Assembly: GCF_009914755.1 (NCBI RefSeq)
Contig: NC_060937.1
Source: the human T2T-CHM13v2.0 reference genome, Homo sapiens
Direction: 5' to 3' (one strand)
Length of the DNA: 64,000 nucleotides
A model generated the notes under the pieces. The model was not told the origin of the DNA. It saw only the letters and a program-made list of their open reading frames with translations, and ran no database searches. Numbering within the stretch: position 1 is the first letter of the stretch; every line of letters begins with the position of its first letter. The translations under genes were made by a program, and so were the position numbers. Of this stretch, positions 1 through 11,500 are shown one piece after another.

Positions 1-3000
1 GTACATCAAATATATGTTTAATTCTGTACATAAAATATCAAAGTACACCAAATATATATTCTATAGTGTACATAAAATATCAAAGTACCCAAACTATACA
101 TTATATACTGTACATAAAATATGAAATTACATCAAATATATATTACATTAGGTACATAAAATATGAAAGTACATCAAATATAGATTATATACTGTACATA
201 AAATACCAAAGTAACCCAAATACATATTATATACTGTACATGCAATATCAAAGTTCACAAACTATATATTATATACTGTACATAAAATATCAAAGTACCC
301 AAGGTACATATTCTATACTCTACAAAAAATATCAAAGTACGCAAAGCATGTATTATATACTGTACATAAAATATGAAAGTACATCAAATATATATTTTAT
401 TCTGTACATAAGATATCAAAGTACACCAAATATATATTCTATAGTGTACATAAAATATCAAAGTACCCAAACAATACATTATATCCTGTACATAAAATAT
501 GAAATTACATCAAATATATATTATAATAGGTACATAAAATATGAAAGTACATCAAATATAAATTATATACTGTACATAAAATACCAAAGAACCCCAAATA
601 TATATTATATACTGTACATGAAATATCAAAGTTCACAAACTATATATTATATACTGTATATAAAATATCAAAGTACCCAAGGTATATATTCTATACTGTA
701 CAAAAAATATCAAAGTACCCAAAGCATGTATTATATACTGTTCATAAAATATGAAAGTACATCAAATATATATTTTATTCTGTACATAAAATATCAAAGT
801 ACACCAAATATATATTCTATAGTGTACATTAAATATCAAAGTACCCAAACTATACATTATATACTGTACATAAAATATGAAATTACATCAAATATATATT
901 ATATTAGGTACATAAAATATGAAAGTACATCAAATATAGATTATATACTGTACATAAAATACCAAAGTACCCCAAATACATATTATATACTGTACATGAA
1001 ATATCAAAGTTCACAAACTATATATTATATACTGTACATAAAATATCAAAGTACCAAAAGTATATATTCTATACTGTACAAAAAATATCAAAGTACCCAA
1101 AGCATGTATTATATACTGTACATAAAATATGAAAGTACATCAAATATATATTTTATTCTGTACATAAAATATCAAAGTACACCAAATATATATTCTATAG
1201 TGTACATAAAATATCAAAGTACCCAAACTATACATTATATACTGTACATAAAATATGAAATTACATCAAATATATATTATATTAGGTACATAAAATATGA
1301 AAGTACATCAAATATATATTATATACTCTACATAAAATACCAAAGTACCCCAAATACATATTATATACTGTACATGCAATATCAAAGTTCACACACTATA
1401 TATTATATACTGTCCATAAAATATCAAAGTACCGAAGCTATATATTCTATACTGTACAAAAAATATCAAAGTACCCAAAGCATGTATTATATACTGTACA
1501 TAAAATATGAAAGTACATCAAATATATATTTAATTCTGTACATAAAATATCAAAGTACACCAAATATATATTCTATAGTGTACATAAAATATCAAAGTAC
1601 CCAAACTATACATTATATACTCTACATAAAATATGAAATTACATCAAATATATATTATGTTATGTACAGAAAATATGAAAATACATCAAATATAGGTTAT
1701 ATACTGTACATAAAATACCAAAGTACCCCAAATATATATTTTATACTGTACATGAAATATCAAAGTTCACAAACTATATATTATATACTGTACATAAAAT
1801 ATCAAAGTACTCAAGTTATATATTCTATACTGTACAAAAATATCAAAGTACCCAAAGCATGTATTATATACTGTACATAAAATATGAAAGTACATGAAAT
1901 ATATATTTTATTCTGTACATAAAATATCAAAGTACACCAAATATATATTCTATACTGTACATAAAATATCAAAGTACCCAAACTATACATTATATACTGT
2001 ACATAAAATATGAAATTTCATCAAATATATATTATGTTATGTACAGAAAATATGAAAATACATCAAATATAGATTATATACTGTACATAAAATACCAAAG
2101 TACCCCAAATATATATTTTATACTGTACAAGAAATATCAAAGTTCACAAACTTTATATTATATACTGTACATAAAATATCAAAGTACTCAAGTTATATAT
2201 TCTATACTGTACAAAAAATATCAAAGTACCCAAAGCATGTATTATATACTGTACATAAAATATGAAAGTACATGAAATATATATTTTATTCTGTACATAA
2301 AATATCAAAGTACACCAAATATATATTCTATAGTGTACATAAAATATCAAAGTACCCAAACTATACCTTATATACTGTACATAAAATATGAAATTACATC
2401 AAATATATATTAGATTAGGTACATAAAATATGAAAGTACATCAAATATAGATTATATACTGTACATAAAATACCAAAGTACCCCAAATATATATTTTATA
2501 CTGTACATGAAATATCAAAGTTCACAAACTATATATTATATACTGTACATAAAATATCAAAGTACCCAAGGTATATATTGTATACTGTACAAAAAATATC
2601 AAAGTACCCAAACATGTATTATATACTGTACATGAAATATGAAAGTACATCAAATATATATTTTATTCTGTACATAAAATATCAAAGTACACCAAATATA
2701 TATTCTATAGTGTACATAAAATATCAAAGTACCCAAACTATACCTTATATACTGTACATAAAATATGAAATTACATCAAATATATATTATATTATGTACA
2801 GAAAATATGAAAGTACATCAAATATATATTATATACTGTACATAAAATATCAAAGTACCCAAGGTATATATTCTATACTGTACATGAAATATCAAAGTTC
2901 ACAAACTATATATTATATACTGTACATAAAATATCAAAGTACCCAAGGTATATATTCTATACTGTACAAAAAATATCAAAGTACCCAAACATGTATTATA

Positions 3001-4600
3001 TACTGTACATGAAATATGAAAGTACATCAAATATATATTTTATTCTGTACATAAAATATCAAAGTACACCAAATATATATTCTATAGTGTACATAAAATA
3101 TCAAAGTACCCAAACTATACCTTATACACTGTACATAAAATATGAAATTACATCAAATATATATTATATTAGGTACATAAAATATGAAAGTACATCAAAT
3201 ATAGATTATATACTGTACATAAAATACCAAAGTACCCCAAATATATATTTTATACTGTACATGAAATATCAAAGTTCACAAACTATATATTATATACTGT
3301 ACATAAAATATCAAAGTACCCAAGGTATATATTCTATACAGTACAAAAAATATCAAAGTACCCAAACATGTATTATAGACTGTACATGAAATATGAAAGT
3401 ACATCAAATATATATTTTATTCTGTACATAAAATATCAAAGTACACCAAATATATATTCTATAGTGTACATAAAATATCAAAGTACCCAAACTATACATT
3501 ATATACTGTACATAAAATATGAAATTACATCAAATATATATTATATTAGGTACATAAAATATGAAAGTACATCAAATATAGATTATATACTGTACATAAA
3601 ATACCAAAGTACCCCAAATATATATTTTATACTGTACATGCAATATCAAAGTTCACAAACTATATATTATATACTGTACATAAAATATCAAAGTACACAT
3701 GTTATATATTCTATACTGTACAAAAAATATCAAAGTACCCAAAGCATGTATTATATACTGTACATAAAATATGAAAGTACATGAAATATATATTTTATTC
3801 TGTACATAAAATATCAAAGTACACCAAATATATATTCTATAGTGTACATAAAATATCAAATTACCCAAACTATACCTTATATACTGTACATAAAATATGA
3901 AATTACATCAAATATATATTATATTAGGTACATAAAATATGAAAGTACATCAAATATAGATTATATACTGTACATAAAATACCAAAGTACCCCAAATATA
4001 TATTTTATACTGTACATGAAATATCAAAGTTCACAAACTATATATTATATACTGTACATAACATATCAAAGTACCCAAGGTATATATTCTATACTGTACA
4101 AAAAATATCAAAGTACCCAAACATGTATTATATACTGTACATGAAATATGAAAGTACATCAAATATATATTTTATTGTGTATATAAAATATCAAAGTACA
4201 CCAAATATATATTCTATAGTGTACATAAAATATCAAAGTACACAAACTATACCTTATATACTGTACATAAAATATGAAATTACATCAAATATATATTATA
4301 TTAGGTACATAAAATATGAAAGTACATCAAATATAGATTATATACTGTACATAAAATACCAAAGTACCCCAAATATATATTTTATACTGTACATGAAATA
4401 TCAAAGTTCACAAACTATATATTATATACTGTACATAAAATATCAAAGTACCCAAGGTATATATTCTATACTGTACAAAAAATATCAAAGTACCCAAACA
4501 TGTATTATATACTGTACATGAAATATGAAAGTACATCAAATATATATTTTATTCTGTACAAAAAATATCAAAGTACACCAAATATATATTCTATACTGTA
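1..4600 (+). repeat. Left sub-array: 378/377-bp HOR variant
   Basis: Monomer I always reads ACACCAAATAT here, monomer B is never 5-bp deleted, and a 1-bp-deleted G monomer (CCCAAACATG) recurs at about 2608, 2985, 3361, 4116 and 4493 (ORF offset 2991->3368 = 377). Confidence 0.8.
70..447 (+). repeat. Representative 378-bp 9-mer higher-order repeat unit (monomers A-I), repeated through the window
   Basis: Monomer A starts at 70 and recurs at 448. Nine distinguishable monomers occur in fixed order, seen as a 126-aa period in ORF 66..1880. A 378-bp 9-mer is the established HSat1A higher-order period. Confidence 0.95.
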
Positions 4601-4959
4601 CATAAAATATTAAAGTACCCAAACTATACATTATATACTGTACATAAAATATGAATTTAAATCAAATATATATTATATTAGGTACAGAAAATATGAAAGT
4701 ACATCAAATATAGATTATATACTCTACATAAAATATCAAAGTACCCCAGATATATATAATATACTGTACATGAAATATCAAAGTTCACAAACTATATATT
4801 ATATACTGTACCTAAAATATGAATGTACCCAAGGTATATATTCTATACTATACAAAAACTATCAAAGTACCCAAAACATGTAATATATACTATACATAAA
4901 ATATGAAAGTGCATCAAATATATATTTTATTCTGTACATAAAATATCAAAGTACACCAG

Positions 4960-7900
4960 ATATATATTCTATAGTGTACATATAATAACAAAGTACACAA
5001 ACTATAAATTATATACTGTACATAAAATATGAAATTACATCAAATATATATTAGGTACATAAAATATGAAAGTACATCAAATATAGATTATATACTGTAC
5101 ATAAAATATCAATGTACCCCAAATATATATTTTATACTCTACATGAAATATCAAAGTTCACAAACCATATATTATATACTCTACATAAAATATCAAAGTA
5201 CCCAAGGTATATATTCTATACTGTACAAAAAATATCAAAGTACCCAAAGCATGTATTATATACTGTACATAAAATATGAAACTACATCAAATATATATTT
5301 TATTCTGTACAAAAAATATCAAAGTACACCAGACATATTTTCTATAGTGTACATAAAATATCAAGGTACCCAAACCATGTATTATATACTGTACATAAAA
5401 TATGAAAGTACATCAAATATATATTTTATTCTGTACATAAAATATCAAAGTACACCAGATATATATTCTATAGTGTACATAAAATAACAAAGTACACAAA
5501 CTATACATTATATACTGTACATAAAATATGAAATTACATCAAATATATATTATATTAGGTACATAAAATATGAAAGCACATCAAATATAGATTATATACT
5601 GTACATTAAATACCAAAGTACCCCAAATATATATTTTATACGGTACATCAAATATCAAAGTTCACAAACTATATATTATATACTGTACATGAAATATCAA
5701 AGTACCCAAGGTATATATTCTATACTGTACAAAAAATATCAAAGTACCCAAAGCATGTATTATATACTGTACATAAAATATGAAAGTACATCAAATATAT
5801 ATTTTATTCTGTTCATAAAACATCAAAGTACACCAGATATATATTCTATAGTGTACATAAAATATAAAAGTACCGAAACTATACATTATATACTGTACAT
5901 AAAATATGAAATTACATCAAATATATATTATATTAGGTACATAAAATATGAAAGTACATCAAATATACATTATATAGTGTACAAAAAATATCAAAGTACC
6001 CCAAATATATATTATATACTCTACATGAAATATCAAAGTTCACAAACTATATATTATATACTGTACATAAAATATCAAAGTACCCAAGGTATACATTCTA
6101 TACTGCACAAAAAATATCAAAGTACCCAAAGCAAGTATTATATACTGTATCTAAAATATGAAAGTACATCAAATATATATTTTATTCTGTACATAAAATA
6201 TCAAAGTACACCAGATATATATTCTATAGTGTACATAAAATATCAAAGTACCCAAACTATACATTATACACTGTACATAAAATATGAAATTACATCAAAT
6301 ATGTATTAGGTACATGAAATATGAAAGTACATCAAATATAGATTATATACTGTACATAAAATATGAAAGTACCCCAAATATATATTATATACTGTACATG
6401 AAATATCAAAGTTCACAAACTATATATTATATACTGTACATAAAATATCAAAGTACCCAAGGTATATATTCTATACTGTACAAAAAATATCAAAGTACCC
6501 AAAGCATGTATTATATACTGTACATAAAATATGAAAGTACATCAAATATATATTTTATTCTGTACATAAAATATCAAAGTACACCAGATATATATTCCAC
6601 AGTGTACATAAAATATCAAACTACCCAAACTATTTATTATATACTGTACATAAAATATGAAATTACATCAAATATATATTATATTAGGTACATAAAATAT
6701 GAAAGTACATCAAATATAGCTTATATACTGTACATTAAATATCAAAGTACCCCAAATATATATTTTATACTGTACATGAAATATCAAAGTTCACAAACTA
6801 TATGTTATATACTGTACATAAAATATCAAAGTACCCAAGGTATATATTCTATACTGCACAAAAAATATCTAAGTACCCAAAGCATGTATTATATACTGTA
6901 TATAAAATATGAAAGTACATCAAATATATATTTTATTCTGTACATAAAATATCAAAGTACACCAGATATATATTCTATAGTGTACATATAATAACAAAGT
7001 ACACAAACTATAAATTATATACTGTACATAAAATATGAAATTACATCAAATATATATTAGGTACATAAAATATGAAAGTACATCAAATATAGATTATATA
7101 CTGTACATAAAATATCAATGTACCCCAAATATATATTTTATACTCTACATGAAATATCAAAGTTCACAAACCATATATTATATACTGTACATAAAATATC
7201 AAAGTACCCAAGGTATATATTCTATACTGTACAAAAAATATCAAAGTACCCAAAGCATGTATTATATACTGTACATAAAATATGAAACTACATCAAATAT
7301 ATATTTTATTCTGTACAAAAAATATCAAAGTACACCAGACATATTTTCTATAGTGTACATAAAATATCAAGGTACCCAAACCATGTATTATATACTGTAC
7401 ATAAAATATGAAAGTACATCAAATATATATTTTATTCTGTACATAAAATATCAAAGTACACCAGATATATATTCTATAGTGTACATAAAATATCAAAGTA
7501 CACAAACTATACATTATATACTGTACATAAAATATGAAATTACATCAAATATATATTATATTAGGTACATAAAATATGAAAGCACATCAAATATAGATTA
7601 TATACTGTACATTAAATACCAAAGTACCCCAAATATATATTTTATACGGTACATCAAATATCAAAGTTCACAAACTATATATTATATACTGTACATGAAA
7701 TATCAAAGTACCCAAGGTATATATTCTATACTGTACAAAAAATATCAAAGTACCCAAAGCATGTATTATATACTGTACATAAAATATGAAAGTACATCAA
7801 ATATATATTTTATTCTGTTCATAAAACATCAAAGTACACCAGATATATATTCTATAGTGTACATAAAATATAAAAGTACCGAAACTATACATTATATACT

Positions 7901-8560
7901 GTACATAAAATATGAAATTACATCAAATATATATTATATTAGTTACATAAAATATGAAAGTACATCAAATATAGATTATATAGTGTACAAAAAATATCAA
8001 AGTACCCCAAATATATATTATATACTCTACATGAAATATCAAAGTTCACAAACTATATATTATATACTGTACATAAAATATCAAAGTACCCAACGTATAC
8101 ATTCTATACTGCACAAAAAATATCAAAGTACCCAAAGCAAGTATTATATACTGTATCTAAAATATGAAAGTACATCAAATATATATTTTATTCTGTACAT
8201 AAAATATCAAAGTACACCAGATATATATTCTATAGTGTACATAAAATATCAAAGTACCCAAACTATACATTATATACTGTACATAAAATATGAAATTACA
8301 TCAAATATATATTAGGTACATAAAATATGAAAGTACATCAAATATAGATTATATACTGTACATAAAATATCAAAGTACCCCAAATATATATTATATACTG
8401 TACATGAAATATCAAAGTTCACAAACTATATATTATATACTGTACATAAAATATCAAAGTACCCAAGGTATATATTCTATACTGTACAAAAAATATCAAA
8501 GTACCCAAAGCATGTATTATATACTGTATATAAAATATGAAAGTACATTAAATATATATT
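4960..8560 (+). repeat. About 1.3-1.6-kb duplicated block at 2,006-bp offset
   Basis: ORF offsets are 5029/7035 and 6284/8290. Both copies share private variants (GAAACTAC, CCAGACATATTTTC, TCAAGGTACCCAAACCATG, GAAAGCAC, TACGGTACATCAAAT, GTTCATAAAACATC, AGCAAGT, GTATCTAAAA) and an extra G-H-I trimer. Confidence 0.8.
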
Positions 8561-11500
8561 TTATTCTGTACATAAAATATCAAAGTACACCAGATATATA
8601 TTCTATAGTGTACATAAAATAACAAAGTACACAAACTATAAATTATATACTGTACATAAAATATGAAATTACATCAAATATATATTAGGTACATAAAATA
8701 TGAAAGTACTTCAAATATAGATTATATACTGTACATATAATATCAATGTACCCGAAATATATATTTTATACTCTACATCAAATATCAAAGTTCACAAACC
8801 ATACATTATATACTGTACATAAAATATCAAAGTACCCAAGGTATATATTCTATACTGTACAAAAAATATCAAAGTACCCAAAGCATGTATTATATACTGT
8901 ACATAAAATATGAAAGTACATCAAATATATATTTTATTCTGTACATAAAATATCAAAGTACACCAGATATATATACTATAGTGTACATAAAATATCAAAG
9001 TACCCAAACTATACATTATATACTGTACATAAAATATGAAATTACATCAAATATATATTAGGTACATAAAATATGAAAGTACATCAAATATAGATTATAT
9101 ACTGTACATAAAATATCAAAGTACCCCAAATATATATTATATACTCCACATGAAATATCAAAGTTCACAAACTATATATTATATACTGTACATAAAATAT
9201 AAAAGTACCCAAGGTATATATTCTATACTGTACAAAAAATAACAAAGTACCAAAAGCATGTATTATATACTGTACATAAAATATGAAAGTACATCAAATA
9301 TAGATTTTATTCTGTACATAAAATATCAAAGTACACCAGATATATATTCTATAGTGTACATAAAATATCGAAGTACCCAAACTATACATTATATACTGTA
9401 CATAAAACATGAAATTACATCAAATATATATTATATTAGGTACATAAAATATGAAAGTACATCAAATATAGATTATATACTGTACATAAAATATCAAAGT
9501 ACCCCAAATATATATTATATACTCTACATGAAATATCGAAGTTCACAAACTATATATTATATACTGTACATAAAATATCAAAGTACCCTAGGTATATATT
9601 CTATACTGCACAAAAAATTTCAAAGTACCCAAATCATGTATTATATACTGTATATAAAATATGAAAGTTCATCAAATATATATTTTATTCTGTACATAAA
9701 ATATCAAATTACACCAGATATATATTCTATATTGTACATAAAATAACAAAGTACACAAACTATAAATTACATACTGTACATAAAATATGAGATTACATCA
9801 AATATATATTAGGTACATAAAATATGAAAGTACCTCAAATATAGATTATATGCTGTATATAAAATATCAATGTACCCCAAATATATATTTTATACTCTAC
9901 ATGAAATATCAAAGTTCACAAACCATATATTATATACTGTACATAAAATATCAAAGTACCCAAGGTATATATTCTATACTGTACAAAAAATATCAAAGTA
10001 CCCAAAGCATGTATAATATACTGTACATAAAATATGAAAGTACATCAAATATATATTTTATTCTGTACATAAAATATCAAAGTACACCAGATATATATTC
10101 TATAGTGTAAATAAAATATCAAAGTACCCAAACTATACATTATATACTGTACATAAAATATGAAATTACATCAAATATATTTTATATTAGGTACATAAAA
10201 TATGAAAGTACATCAAATATAGATTATATACTGTACATTAAATACCAAAGTACCCCAAATATATATTTTATACTGTACATGAAATATCAAAGTACACAAA
10301 CTATATATTATATACTGTACATAAAATATCAAAGTACCCAAGGTATATATTCTATACTGTACAAAAAATATCAAAGTACCCAAAGCATGTATTATATACT
10401 GTACATAAAATATGAAATACATCAAATATATATTTTATTCTGTACATAAAATATCAAAGTACACCAGATATATATTCTATAGTGTACATAAAATAACAAA
10501 GTACACAAACTATACATTATAAACTGTACATAAAATATGAAATTACATCAAATATATATTAGGTACATAAAATATGAAAGTACATCAAATATAGATTATA
10601 TACTGTACATAAAATATCAAAGTACCCCAAATATATATTATATACTCTACATGAAATATCAAAGTTCACAAACTATATATTATATACTGTACATAAAATA
10701 TCAAAGTACCCAAGGTATATATTCTATACTGTACAAAAAATATCAAAGTACCCAAAGCATATATTATATACTGTATATAAAATATGAAAGTACATCAAAT
10801 ATATATTTTATTCTGTACATAAAATATCAAAGTACACCAGATATATATTCTATAGTGTATATAAAATAACAAGGTACACAAACTATAAAATATATACTGT
10901 ACATAAAATATGAAATTACATCAAATATATATTAGGTACATAAAATATGAAAGTACATCAAATATAGATTATATACTGTACATATATTATCAATGTACCC
11001 CAAATATGTATTTTATACTCTACATGAAATATCAAAGTTCACAAACCATATATTATATACTGTACATAAAATATCAAAGTATCCAAGGTATATATTCTAT
11101 ACTGTACAAAAAATATCAAAGTACCCAAAGCATGTTTTATATACTGTACATAAAATATGAAAGTACATCAAATATATATTTTATTCTGTACATAAAATAT
11201 CAAAGTACACCAGATATATATTCTATAGTGTACATAAAATATCAAAGTACCCAAACTATACATTATATACTGTACATAAAATATGAAATTACATCAAACA
11301 TATATTATATTAGGTACATAAAATATGAAAGTACATCAAATATAGATTATATACTGTACACTAAATACCAAAGTACCCCAAATATATATTTTATACTGTA
11401 TATGAAATATCAAAGTTCACAAACTATATATTATATTCTGTACATAAAATATCAAAGTACCCAACGTATATATTCTATACTGTACAAAAAATATCAAAGT

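Noticed and set aside
66-1880. 604-aa Tyr/Ile/Lys-rich ORF and all similar + strand ORFs (for example 7035..8315, 36944..38032, 44862..45950)
   Set aside because: The 42-bp and 378-bp periods are multiples of 3 and one consensus frame lacks stops, so long ORFs arise automatically. They are broken at random by frameshifts (5-bp and 1-bp indels) and nonsense variants, with no sign of coding constraint, promoter or splice structure.
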